A stretch of DNA of 64,000 nt from a bacterium (GCA_031411135.1 JANOAN010000006.1:272-64271), one strand, 5' to 3'. Positions 18,851 through 28,910 are shown, counted from the stretch's first letter. Translations and numbers: made by a program. The notes: generated by a model from the sequence alone, not told the origin.

Positions 18851-20173
18851 TTAATTTTTAGAAGCAAATAAGGCCATGAGGCTTTTTCTTGCACTTGGTA
18901 TTGTAATAACTGAAAGCGGTCCTGCAATGTACGATATTAATGTTGCAAGTGCGGAACCATTAATTCCATACTTTGGAATTAATATTAAGTTTAAAACAAC
19001 GTTCATTATCATTCCGACAATTGAAATATATAAAATTGCATAAGTCATTTTTTCTGTAACCAAGTATTGATTTAAAAGTAATCCAATACTAATGCCTACA
19101 CCTGACCAAACATATAACTGTAGAGCAGTATACCCGGCTATGAAGGCTTGTCCAAAGACGATTGTCATAATTAATTTTGCAAAGACACTGACAAACAAGC
19201 CAACAGCTGTTGAAAAAATAATTAGAAATAGTGCTAATCTGATTAGCCTCTTTGCATACATGGTGGTGTCATTGTCACCTTTGGCATTAATAATTGCGGG
19301 TGTAAGAGATGCGATTACTATAGAAGGAATGAAATACCAAAGTTCTGAAAGACGAACTGCAGCATCATATAAACCAACAGCTTTTACATCTATAAAATGC
19401 TTAAGCATGACTTGATCAATTCTTGAATAAATTAAAATAAAAACATTAGCAATCATTAATGGTAGGGATTCTCTAAGGATTTCTTTTGCTAGACTCCTAT
19501 TAAATGACCATTTTAATGGTGACCCATAAAATCTTTTGAAAAAGTAGATGAAGACAACTGCGTATAATATTGGCTCTAGGGTGTATATTGCCGCAAAGTA
19601 GTATAAGCCCTTTCCGGTTAGAATAATTGCAATTTTTAAGATTGATAGAATGATTGCAACTGCTATGGTTCCAATCGAAGTGTATTTTGACTCAACTCTG
19701 GTAAGGAATGAATAATTGATCAAACTAAATCCTTGAAAGATAAAAGAAATTGCAATTATTATAATGATGTTTCTATTAATTACTTCCTCACCTGAAATGA
19801 ATGTGGCAGCAATTACAATTACAGTAGCGATAACACTTGCTAGTATTCGCATTCCAATCGAAGTTCCGAGAAGTTCGGATTCGCGATTTGGATACTTTAC
19901 TAAGTCTCTCTGTAACACACTGTCGATTCCAATGTTGGCCAAGAACGAAAAGATTCCGACAAAACTGATGGCGTAGCTCAGAGTTCCGTAATTGGTTGGT
20001 CCTAGATATCGCGCAACCATTGCCACCACAAAAAATGAGAGGACTAGGCTAATTACTTTTGCTGAAAATAGCCAACCCGTATTTTTGAAGTATCTTTGAA
20101 ACCCAGGGGTTTTCATCCAACCTGTTAGTCTTTTGATAAAGGTTAGGGGAGGGGCTTTCTCAGTAGTTTCCAT
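18851..20173 (-). CDS. Wzx-type polysaccharide flippase
   Basis: Multi-TM protein with NTGWLF, ARYLGP, RIDQVML, VGLY and LIPKYGINGSALAT. Confidence 0.92.
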   Translation of the reverse strand: METTEKAPPLTFIKRLTGWMKTPGFQRYFKNTGWLFSAKVISLVLSFFVVAMVARYLGPTNYGTLSYAISFVGIFSFLANIGIDSVLQRDLVKYPNRESELLGTSIGMRILASVIATVIVIAATFISGEEVINRNIIIIIAISFIFQGFSLINYSFLTRVESKYTSIGTIAVAIILSILKIAIILTGKGLYYFAAIYTLEPILYAVVFIYFFKRFYGSPLKWSFNRSLAKEILRESLPLMIANVFILIYSRIDQVMLKHFIDVKAVGLYDAAVRLSELWYFIPSIVIASLTPAIINAKGDNDTTMYAKRLIRLALFLIIFSTAVGLFVSVFAKLIMTIVFGQAFIAGYTALQLYVWSGVGISIGLLLNQYLVTEKMTYAILYISIVGMIMNVVLNLILIPKYGINGSALATLISYIAGPLSVITIPSARKSLMALFASKN

Positions 20174-20331
20174 GATCATACATATTATATTAATAGGGGG
20201 ATTTAAGCCATTTGCAAGCAAGGTCAAATGAAGTTGACTTTTTAGAAAAATATTACATACTATAATGTAATCTCACCTAAAACAAAGTTGAGACCAAAAA
20301 GTACAAAACTCAAAACTGAATATCTGATATC

Positions 20332-20988
20332 ATGAAAGAATCCGATCTGCTTAATTCTAAATTGCTTGCTCGTTACATGGAAATTTCAACAAATGGTGCA
20401 TCAGCACTGCGAACCGGAGAAGCCAAAGCTTTTACCGGCTTCGACACTATCCCAGGAGATCAATACGTGGTTGCACAAATTCTCAAACCCAGCATTCGCT
20501 TCGAAGGTTTAATACGAGAAATGCAGAAAATCGAAAAGCAATCTGAAGCAAGCTTCTTGATTGCTGATCGCGACTATCCACTGCACACCACGATTCTTCA
20601 AGGAGAAGGTGCTTGTACTGACTTTGCTGATTTTATCAATTTCTCGGACTCACTGTGGGAAAGGTGGATGGAGCTCGGGGAGGACGAGATCTTTTTGGGC
20701 CATCAAATCATTCCGGCCAAAGACACCGTAATCATCGGGTCGGCAATTGAGCCTTTGTGGACCAGGATCAGCAGGTTCGCGATGTCGCAACGGTTTATCA
20801 ATAACAAGATGAGTCCGAAAGTGCCGGACATTGTTCACTGCTCACTGTGCCGATTGAAAAAGTTGCCCCAGAATGTAGAAACCTACCTTTCCCTTGTGGG
20901 CACGGTCAATGAAGCAATCGCGATTGACCCGCTTGTCCTCGAGGTAGATTCCATCGCGGTAATTCGAAGTAAAGATTTGTTGCTGTGA
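20332..20988 (+). CDS. Putative 2H phosphoesterase-fold protein
   Basis: Two Hx(T/S) motifs, PLHTTIL and IVHCSLC, about 84 aa apart. GC-shifted and opposite in orientation to the surrounding cluster. Confidence 0.55.
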   Translation: MKESDLLNSKLLARYMEISTNGASALRTGEAKAFTGFDTIPGDQYVVAQILKPSIRFEGLIREMQKIEKQSEASFLIADRDYPLHTTILQGEGACTDFADFINFSDSLWERWMELGEDEIFLGHQIIPAKDTVIIGSAIEPLWTRISRFAMSQRFINNKMSPKVPDIVHCSLCRLKKLPQNVETYLSLVGTVNEAIAIDPLVLEVDSIAVIRSKDLLL

Positions 20989-21019
20989 TTGGGAAGTAGC
21001 AAACCCCAGATTGTCTGAA

Positions 21020-21054
21020 GCCGCCGGTTGTAAACCAACCGGCGGCATTTTTTT
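21020..21054 (+). terminator. Terminator between convergent genes
   Basis: GCCGCCGGTTG-TAAAC-CAACCGGCGGC followed by a T run. Confidence 0.85.
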
Positions 21055-21745
21055 ATCCCAACCTCCAAATATACTTCACCGTTCTCCAAATCGTCTTCAT
21101 TCTATTTTTAAAACTCCCGCCCCAACTTGAACTGCCGTGTAATCTATTTTTAAACTCTACAGGAATAGTTACAATTTTATACTTAAGTTTTTTTGCTAAA
21201 TATATCAAGTACAAATCTAGTGAAAAATCTTTCGGTGCATTATCTAAGTTTTCTATAAAGCTTCGGTGGAATAATTTCGGCTGAGCGTTTATTTCGTACA
21301 TAATCTTTCGTAAAATTACGCTTGCGATAACAGCCATGCCATAACTTAGGATTATTTGTGGCAGTGGGCGCCTAATACGAAGACCTTTTACAATAACTTT
21401 TTCATCATCAAGATTTTTGAACACGTCGTAAGCTTTAAAAACATCCGCTGGATCAGTCTGCATATCACTGTGTGTCCATGAAATAACCTCACCTTGAGCT
21501 TTACGCACACCTGTCATGATTGCACTTCCATAACCTTCATTTGGAGTATACGAGATGAATTTTGCAAAAGGGTATTTATTTTCATTAGAAATTTTATCAA
21601 ACAACGATGAAGTTTCATCCTTTGATCCATCGTTTACACAAAGTAGCTCGAATTCGTAAATAGAAGAAAACTTTGAAAACGCTTCAAGTACTAATTTCAC
21701 ATTTTTTTCTTCATTATAAAATGGGACAACAATTGATAATTTCAT
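21053..21745 (-). CDS. Polyprenol-phosphate glycosyltransferase (GT2, DPM1/GtrB-like)
   Basis: Motifs LSIVVPFYNEE, NDGSKD, GYGSAI and SDMQTDP. Confidence 0.88.
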   Translation of the reverse strand: MKLSIVVPFYNEEKNVKLVLEAFSKFSSIYEFELLCVNDGSKDETSSLFDKISNENKYPFAKFISYTPNEGYGSAIMTGVRKAQGEVISWTHSDMQTDPADVFKAYDVFKNLDDEKVIVKGLRIRRPLPQIILSYGMAVIASVILRKIMYEINAQPKLFHRSFIENLDNAPKDFSLDLYLIYLAKKLKYKIVTIPVEFKNRLHGSSSWGGSFKNRMKTIWRTVKYIWRLG

Positions 21746-23485
21746 TTATTTTTTATTAATACTAATAATTTTAAATTTTGTTTGGAAAAAGTTATTTGGA
21801 CGACTGTATCGAGAATGTTTGAAATCAGGATTATAAGCAGGGAAATATATATCAGTAATATCACTTTTCTCCCATATCTTCTCTACTACTAAGTGGTATT
21901 TTGAAAGCCACTCTCCGTATGCAACATCGAAAGGTTCAGATTGACTTACATAAAGGTAAGTTTCACCGGTTTTGAATGTGTTTGGGTTTATGAAAGTTAC
22001 AGGTATACCACTCTTTAAGTTTGGATAATAAATGTTGTAAGAAGAATCGTATATACCAATCATTGAAACTTCTTTGTCTATTTGAATTTCTTTAGTACGG
22101 TCGTAAGTGTCAATTTGACGAATCTTAACAGTAGTAAATCCTAGAATGAATAAACTTATTATAAATAAGACCTTAAGAAATTTAGAAACAAGGAAGTTTG
22201 ATTTCTTAATTAAAAAATCCAAACCTAATCCACCAGACAGAAAAACACCTGGAAATAAGAATAAGATATGCCTCGTTGGTGTAAAACTTAATGTTTGCTT
22301 AAGTACCAAAAGGAAGTATATAAATATAAGTATCCCAAATATTTTTCTCAGTAATGTCTTTTCTCTTGAATCTTGTTTTCGGAATACGAAGTAACCTCCA
22401 GCTGAAATAAAAAATATTCCTAATATAAATTGAATAACATCGATTGTTATACTGTGCGTATACCAACTGAAAAAATTTAAAACAATATAATAAATATTTT
22501 TTGGAATTTCTACTAAATATGTCGACCCTCTAAATCCTTGCCCTGGTTGGAAAAATAATATTCCGCATAAACCTATTGATATGATTGCAAACCATTGTTT
22601 CTTTACAATATCCCAAGCATTTTTTAATAATTTCTTAGCACTAAAAGGAACAGTTCTCTCTTTTAGTGTGATAAAAAGAAATGCCAACCAAAAAAGTAGA
22701 ATTAAATAATTAAAAAAGACCAATAATCCACTAAGCCAGGATATTTTCTTAAGAAGTTTTGGGCTATTAATATTTTTTAACAAATACCACAACCAAAAAA
22801 GTTCAGTGGTAAAATTCCAAACAGTGCTACCAATGTGGATTCCTGATGAGTAAATACTTATTGAAAAAAGTCCCAGGGTGGAAACGAATACACTCACAAA
22901 TGAACTTGTCTCTAATTTGCGTAAAATTAAAAAAAGTAACAATACAGCAAGATGAAACAGCGTAATTGAAATTACCATATTTCCAGACATGAAATCCTCA
23001 TAAGTTCCATTCTCACCACCAACTAATCCGTATAAAAAGCCAACCCCCGATGAATATGTAGAGCCCAGTCCCATTGCAAAAAAACTTTGGAATGGAAAGG
23101 GGAGGTTCAACATACTTACACCTTGAATCAATCCATATCTGAAAGTCGCAAGCGCAGAGCTTTGTGTCAGTTGGTTTAAGATGAATTCATCAGTAAATTT
23201 GCCTAAATATTTGTTCCTGACCGATTGAACGGTTGGATTTTTTAAAATGTTTTGTGCTTGCTCTACTGATAAAAAATTACCCTTTGGATAAATGACAGCA
23301 ATTGATCTCAGTGTGTCCGTTGGAAAATCATGTAAAAAACTATATGTACCTGATGAATCACCTTCTTGAAAATGATTGTTTCTAAAAGATATATGTAACC
23401 CCCAGCTACAAATTAAAGTAATAAAAAATAAAACTACCAGTGTTTCTTTTTTAAAATAATTAATGAATTTAGAAAATAAATTCAT
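21746..23485 (-). CDS. Polytopic membrane protein, probable GT-C glycosyltransferase
   Basis: Many TM segments, an acidic EGD motif after TM1, a late RH motif and a soluble C-terminal domain; adjacent to a DPM-like GT2. Confidence 0.55.
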   Translation of the reverse strand: MNLFSKFINYFKKETLVVLFFITLICSWGLHISFRNNHFQEGDSSGTYSFLHDFPTDTLRSIAVIYPKGNFLSVEQAQNILKNPTVQSVRNKYLGKFTDEFILNQLTQSSALATFRYGLIQGVSMLNLPFPFQSFFAMGLGSTYSSGVGFLYGLVGGENGTYEDFMSGNMVISITLFHLAVLLLFLILRKLETSSFVSVFVSTLGLFSISIYSSGIHIGSTVWNFTTELFWLWYLLKNINSPKLLKKISWLSGLLVFFNYLILLFWLAFLFITLKERTVPFSAKKLLKNAWDIVKKQWFAIISIGLCGILFFQPGQGFRGSTYLVEIPKNIYYIVLNFFSWYTHSITIDVIQFILGIFFISAGGYFVFRKQDSREKTLLRKIFGILIFIYFLLVLKQTLSFTPTRHILFLFPGVFLSGGLGLDFLIKKSNFLVSKFLKVLFIISLFILGFTTVKIRQIDTYDRTKEIQIDKEVSMIGIYDSSYNIYYPNLKSGIPVTFINPNTFKTGETYLYVSQSEPFDVAYGEWLSKYHLVVEKIWEKSDITDIYFPAYNPDFKHSRYSRPNNFFQTKFKIISINKK

Positions 23486-23490
23486 GGATT

Positions 23491-24267
23491 TTAATGTGAT
23501 TTTCCAAATTTCTTTTCAAAGTAACTTTGCCAATATTGATAAGTTTTAAGTTCAATTGGTGTACCCCACGAAAGAAAAGTATCTATTTCAAAGACTTTTA
23601 CTTTTACGTTATTTTTAATTAAAACATTTGTACATTCATCAAGTGATAACTCAACGCCAGTCTTCAAATTTTTTTCTATCATTTCTTTCACATTTTCAAA
23701 ACAAGTTTTGGCTTTTTTATAAGTAGACCATGCAACAACCGCGTGATCTTCCATTGGATTATCTGAAAGAGGTACTTTGTACTGGACTTTTTGTACAAAA
23801 TTATTCTCATCGGTAACGATCCATCCATATGAAGTTGGTTGGGTTTGCATCGGAGGGTAGTGTCTAAATGACCATATTAGTGCATCAGAATCACTTGATG
23901 AAATTTCTCTCTCCAATTTTTCCACATTATAAACAAGACCAGCATCACAGCTTGCAATTGTTAAGATTGAATCTGGGTCAATGAATTTTTCAGCTTGAAG
24001 CGCACTGTGAGCTTGACCTTGTAATTCAGAATTTTGAATTACAATTTCGGCTTCTGGAAAATGAGTTTTCAGCATCTTATCAATTTCGTGATTTGATACA
24101 TAATCACCAGAAACCACAAAGATTAGTTTGTCAGCCTTAGGTAGGCTCCCTGCGGCTCTTACAACCATGGGCAATCCATCGACTTCAATTAAAGGTTTTG
24201 GAAGGGTATATCCAGCATCTGCAAATCGTTTTCCACGTCCGGCAAGTAGTAATAAGTTTGTTCGCAT
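23491..24267 (-). CDS. Sugar-phosphate nucleotidyltransferase-family protein
   Basis: Motifs LAGRGKRF, PKPLI and SWGTP. Confidence 0.85.
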   Translation of the reverse strand: MRTNLLLLAGRGKRFADAGYTLPKPLIEVDGLPMVVRAAGSLPKADKLIFVVSGDYVSNHEIDKMLKTHFPEAEIVIQNSELQGQAHSALQAEKFIDPDSILTIASCDAGLVYNVEKLEREISSSDSDALIWSFRHYPPMQTQPTSYGWIVTDENNFVQKVQYKVPLSDNPMEDHAVVAWSTYKKAKTCFENVKEMIEKNLKTGVELSLDECTNVLIKNNVKVKVFEIDTFLSWGTPIELKTYQYWQSYFEKKFGKSH

Positions 24268-24270
24268 AAA

Positions 24271-25032
24271 TTAATTTTTCTTATTGAAATGGTTTGACCA
24301 ATACAGGTATTCTCTCACATCTGCGGGCTTACCCCAAGATACGAAATGTTCTATTGGATACAAGAGATTTTTCAAGCCATCTTCGATCAATAGGTTATGA
24401 CTAAGACTAACATAGTACTCATTATTACATAACATTTCTCGTTCTATCATTTTTTCAAAATACTTTTTTAGCAATCCCCCCGAGCGAAAATAATGCATAC
24501 CAGCAGAGGTCCAAGAATCCATTTTATTTGGAGTAAATGAATATTTTTCTCTAACTTCTAATAGATTATTACATTCATCAGTTTTTGTTGTTGCGTAAAA
24601 ACCATCCTGAAGCAAGGGAGGGTGAAATCCTTTGAAAGCTATGAGTATCGAGTCTGCATTGTTTTCTTTAACAAACTTTCTAAAATGATCTAGATCCAAG
24701 TCTGTGTTAACGTCGCAGTAGCATGTGAAAGTTTCTAAAGAATCATCGATGTATTCCTTGGCTTGGAGTGTAGTATAGACTGGTCCTAGGTAGTGCTCCC
24801 TAATAGAAACTATTTTTGCATCAGGACGTATCCTCTCTAGTTCTGATTTTAAACAAGTGTCTCTAAGGTGGTTCTCATTACAAATAAAAATGAATTTATC
24901 CTCTGGTGAAAACATTTCCACAATGTGCTCTATAACTGGTTTGCCGTCTATTGGAATTAGTGGTTTTGGATCTTTGTAACCTGCGAATTTAAATCTTTCC
25001 CCAAGACCTGCCATTGGAATTACTATCTGCAT
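24271..25032 (-). CDS. Sugar-phosphate nucleotidyltransferase-family protein
   Basis: Motifs IPMAGLGERF, PKPLI, NNEYYVS and SWGKP. Confidence 0.87.
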   Translation of the reverse strand: MQIVIPMAGLGERFKFAGYKDPKPLIPIDGKPVIEHIVEMFSPEDKFIFICNENHLRDTCLKSELERIRPDAKIVSIREHYLGPVYTTLQAKEYIDDSLETFTCYCDVNTDLDLDHFRKFVKENNADSILIAFKGFHPPLLQDGFYATTKTDECNNLLEVREKYSFTPNKMDSWTSAGMHYFRSGGLLKKYFEKMIEREMLCNNEYYVSLSHNLLIEDGLKNLLYPIEHFVSWGKPADVREYLYWSNHFNKKN

Positions 25033-25036
25033 AAAA

Positions 25037-25651
25037 TTAGGAGTTATTTTTATTATAATATTCGTTCAGACTTTGCCACATTGGAACATATTTCAAAGAC
25101 GTCATTACTGCATCAAGATTAAATTTTAATTTTTTAATTTTTTGAATATATTTTGGTATTTCAAGTGGTCTCCCCCATCTCTCGGGACATACTAGACATG
25201 TTTTATAACCTTTCATTTGCTTTACTATCTTTGGGGAAAGAGGAAGTTTTGTTGGAATGTCGATCCACAACCAGTCAGCTTTGTTTTTATATTTTAAAGC
25301 CATTTCAATCGGCTCATTTTCAGAATATCTTATTGCGATATTCTTAAAACCAGCTTCTGTCGCGTGATGGATCCAGTAAGGTTCAACATCAAGAAGAAAG
25401 TATTTTTTTACGTTATATTTTTTTGCCAACTCTATAACCCTTTTTTCAATACCAGCCTCTTTTATGTTGAATATAATGAATGAATGTTGATAGTGCTTAA
25501 GATAATCTTCCAAATCGTCACCAGATTCGTATGGTTCATGGTTTAAAATTAATTTGTCTTTATATGCACGTATATCAATTTCAACACCAAACTCTTTCGG
25601 AATAGTTTTCAGAACTTCTGTTTTGTTGACTCGGTGGACAATAATAAGCAT
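25037..25651 (-). CDS. GDPD/PI-PLC-like phosphodiesterase-domain protein
   Basis: Motifs HRVN, GVEIDIR, LNHEP and NIKEAG. Confidence 0.7.
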   Translation of the reverse strand: MLIIVHRVNKTEVLKTIPKEFGVEIDIRAYKDKLILNHEPYESGDDLEDYLKHYQHSFIIFNIKEAGIEKRVIELAKKYNVKKYFLLDVEPYWIHHATEAGFKNIAIRYSENEPIEMALKYKNKADWLWIDIPTKLPLSPKIVKQMKGYKTCLVCPERWGRPLEIPKYIQKIKKLKFNLDAVMTSLKYVPMWQSLNEYYNKNNS

Positions 25652-25738
25652 TTCAGTTTTTTTAAATAGTACCTCAAGCAATCAATACAGTCTAGGGACT
25701 ATGTGTTATTATTAATTGTATAAAATTTTAGAATAATC

Positions 25739-26134
25739 ATGATAGTACTCAATAAAAAAACAGCAAATGAATTTAAGAATTTTGCTATTGTTGGAATTAT
25801 AAGTACGGCTGTTAACTATCTGATCTTCTATTCACTGGTGCACTTTCTCGGTCTCCACTATTTAATTTCCAGTTCTTTTGGATTTATAACTGGTATTTTT
25901 GTAAGTTACGGACTTAATAGGGTATATACGTTTTCATCGTCTTCGGTAAATATGAAAAAAGAATTTACATCTTATGTCCTAGTTTGCATCTTTTCACTTT
26001 TACTAAGTTTGGCCTCATTGTGGGTCTTTGTAGAGTTGTTTGATATAAATCCGCTTATTGGTAATGTGCTGGCTATAGGAGTTTCCACAGTTTCTAATTT
26101 TTTAGGACTTAAAACCTTTGTCTACTCTAATTAA
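25739..26134 (+). CDS. GtrA-family flippase
   Basis: Four TM helices; FAIVG, NRVYTF and NFLGLKTFVY. Confidence 0.9.
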   Translation: MIVLNKKTANEFKNFAIVGIISTAVNYLIFYSLVHFLGLHYLISSSFGFITGIFVSYGLNRVYTFSSSSVNMKKEFTSYVLVCIFSLLLSLASLWVFVELFDINPLIGNVLAIGVSTVSNFLGLKTFVYSN

Positions 26135-26208
26135 TAGCTCCAGCCAAATTAATATAGTATACTTTTCCCATTACCCTTATAAATTAAATAACCTTCGGAT
26201 TTACTAAA

Positions 26209-28509
26209 ATGAACAAAACATCAAGATTTTTACAATATTCAATTATCACACTGATTTTTCTGCTACTATTGACCCCATTAATTGTCACTGGGAGTATGTT
26301 CTTCCCGTATATCACTGGTAAAGCATTTTATTTCAGAACAATTATCGAAATTATTACTGCACTATATGTAATCTTGGTTTGTTTTGACCGATCATTTTTA
26401 CCTAAAAAATCTCCTATTACATGGGCGCTCTCTGCATTTCTACTTATAATGGCAATCGCTACTATTTTCAGCGTCGCGCCAGGCAAAAGTTTTTGGAGTA
26501 ACTTCGAAAGAATGGAAGGGTATATCACTTTGATTCATCTCGGACTTTTGTTCCTGGTAACTTCAACTGTCATGAGATCAAGAAGGACTTGGGTCTATTT
26601 GTTTCATGCTTCAATGGCCGCTTCAATTGTTGTAGGACTTATAGCTTTGAAAGATTTTTCTCTCGAAAATGCAGCTATGATCAGTGGAGGCCGTATTCAA
26701 GGAACTCTTGGAAATTCAAGTTACCTCGGAGTGTATGCACTCCTTCATGTTTTTCTTGCTGCATTTTTCCTTCTTTCACACTATGCTCGCAAAAACGCCA
26801 AAGATATTTTGCCTAGAATCTTTGGCTATGCACTCATAATTATTTTTAACATTGTTATCCTTTTCAACACTGGAACACGAGGTTCAATGGTGGGGCTTGG
26901 TTTAGGAGTGTTGCTGACTGCTTTAATTTTGGCCGTTCGTGAAAAACAAAGTAAAAAGGTGAAAAATTTGGGAGTTACTATTTTGGCGATTGCTCTTGCT
27001 GGGGTTGCTTTTCTAGGAATTGTTCGTGGTACTGAATTTGCAAAGAGTCATCCAACCCTTGATCGTTACAGCGCCTTGGTCACCTGGAACCTATCAGGAG
27101 TTCTTGAAAACCAAGGTTACGCACGAGCTGGTCTTTTGTGGCCAATGGCATGGCACGGAGTTCAGGAAAAACCACTCCTTGGGTGGGGACAGGACAACTT
27201 CGGTTATGTATTTGCAAAATATTACAATCCAGCAGCCTATGCTCAAGAGCAGTGGTTTGATCGCACACACAACGTATTCTTTGACTGGTTGATTGCGGGA
27301 GGATTCTTGGGGCTACTAGGATACTTATCACTATTCGTAGCGTTGATTATGGTTTTGTGGTCAAAACATAAAGATGCTGGAAAAGGTCACAAGTGGCCAT
27401 TAATTGAGCGAGCGACTATCAGTGGATTATTACTAGCGTACTTTATTCACAACTTCTTCGTGTTCGATAACTTAACAAGTTACATCATCTTCTTTTTGTT
27501 GCTTGCGTATTTTCACGAGAGAAATGTGTCTGCTAATGAATCTGTTAATCAACATAACCCTGAGTATATTCATGTTCCATTGTTATCTAAAGAAGGTTCA
27601 CAGTGGTTTGTTGCTACGGTTGCTGTTGTGGCTTTAGTTGCGTCGATTTATTATGTAAACTACAAACCTTATAAAAATTCAGGAGATTTGATTAAGGGGC
27701 TCCAAGCTTTAGGAAATCATTATGATTCAAAAGGGGTAGTGGTTGGTCCTAATCCGTCAGAAACATTAGATTATTTTAAATCTATTTTTGATTCAAATAC
27801 TACACTTGGATTGGCTGAAACTAGAGAGAGGTTAGTTGAAGTTGCTTCAGCTGTAATCAATGCAACATCGACATCTAGAGAGTTGGCAACTGAGTATGAT
27901 GCATTAACTCGAGATCAATATGCACAGCAATTTGAAAGATTCCCAGGAGATGCACGTTATCATTATTTCTTCGCACTTTACCTTTCAAAAATTGGAGATG
28001 TAAAGAGTGCTCTAGATGAAGTACAAAAAGCAGAAGCTCTTTCACCTACAAAACAACAATTCGCATTGCAAGAGGGGATGATTTTGCTTAGTACTAAACA
28101 ATATTCACAATCTGTAGATGTGTTTAAGAAAGCGTATGAATTAGAACCAAAAAATGACGCAGCTAGATTATTCTATGCAGTTAGTTTGATTTACTCGGGT
28201 CATGTGGATGATGCAACTGCGATAACTGAAAACAGTAATGTTGAATTAGACGCAACACTTATTCAAGCTTACCTAGACGTAGGAAGATTTGATGTTGTAG
28301 AGGCACTTGCAAAGAAAAAGATTTCAGCAGATCCAAATAATGTTCAGCTACACGTTTCGCTAGCGGCGCTCTACTTAAAAGCAAAACGCAACAATGATTC
28401 AATTCGCGAACTTAGAATTGCATCAGATCTTGAACCACGTTTCAAACCTCAAGCGGATGAATATATAAAAATGATTCAAAGCGGTAAAGATCCAAGTCAG
28501 GTACAGTAG
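26209..28509 (+). CDS. O-antigen ligase / O-oligosaccharyltransferase-like protein with C-terminal TPR repeats
   Basis: RIQGTLGN, TRG, KPLLGWGQDNF and DRTHN; TPR-like C-terminus. Confidence 0.88.
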   Translation: MNKTSRFLQYSIITLIFLLLLTPLIVTGSMFFPYITGKAFYFRTIIEIITALYVILVCFDRSFLPKKSPITWALSAFLLIMAIATIFSVAPGKSFWSNFERMEGYITLIHLGLLFLVTSTVMRSRRTWVYLFHASMAASIVVGLIALKDFSLENAAMISGGRIQGTLGNSSYLGVYALLHVFLAAFFLLSHYARKNAKDILPRIFGYALIIIFNIVILFNTGTRGSMVGLGLGVLLTALILAVREKQSKKVKNLGVTILAIALAGVAFLGIVRGTEFAKSHPTLDRYSALVTWNLSGVLENQGYARAGLLWPMAWHGVQEKPLLGWGQDNFGYVFAKYYNPAAYAQEQWFDRTHNVFFDWLIAGGFLGLLGYLSLFVALIMVLWSKHKDAGKGHKWPLIERATISGLLLAYFIHNFFVFDNLTSYIIFFLLLAYFHERNVSANESVNQHNPEYIHVPLLSKEGSQWFVATVAVVALVASIYYVNYKPYKNSGDLIKGLQALGNHYDSKGVVVGPNPSETLDYFKSIFDSNTTLGLAETRERLVEVASAVINATSTSRELATEYDALTRDQYAQQFERFPGDARYHYFFALYLSKIGDVKSALDEVQKAEALSPTKQQFALQEGMILLSTKQYSQSVDVFKKAYELEPKNDAARLFYAVSLIYSGHVDDATAITENSNVELDATLIQAYLDVGRFDVVEALAKKKISADPNNVQLHVSLAALYLKAKRNNDSIRELRIASDLEPRFKPQADEYIKMIQSGKDPSQVQ

Positions 28510-28634
28510 GAAAAAATAAAAAAACACTTTTGCAAAAACAAAAGCGTTTTTTTTATTTTCTATAAATTTATTTTTGAAAAAAATTTGCGCCGCGCTTCAA
28601 TCGACAGTGCGCGACGTGATTTTGCAAAATCAAC

Positions 28635-28643
28635 TTATCCACA
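28635..28643 (+). promoter_or_regulatory. Perfect DnaA box
   Basis: TTATCCACA, next to a 16-bp palindrome. Confidence 0.5.
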
Positions 28644-28786
28644 TAATTTTTACAAAAATCATTGCGTGTGACTTCGATATGAACGATAATTAAGGTACGA
28701 GTTTTCGTCTGGCACAAATTATTTGTAATTAAAGTCGACAGAACGAAAACGCGAATTAAGAGATCTTTTAATTTACAAAAAATATC

Positions 28787-28882
28787 ATGGCAGCAAAAAA
28801 GAAGGCTAAGAAGGTTGCAAAGCGAAAGCCAGCAACTAAGAAGAAAAAAGCTACAAAGAAGAAAGTTTCTAAGAGAAAATAA
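28787..28882 (+). CDS. 31-aa lysine-rich, histone H1/protamine-like protein (absent from the ORF track)
   Basis: Translates as MAAKKKAKKVAKRKPATKKKKATKKKVSKRK. It has its own promoter (TTGCGT-17 nt-GATAAT, 28662-28690) and terminator. Confidence 0.8.
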   Translation: MAAKKKAKKVAKRKPATKKKKATKKKVSKRK

Positions 28883-28910
28883 TTTTCAATAATTTTTTCT
28901 TCTCACTTAA

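Noticed and set aside
28510-28700. Replication origin
   Set aside because: Only one perfect DnaA box is here, with another single box at 39089. There is no box cluster and no dnaA or dnaN nearby.
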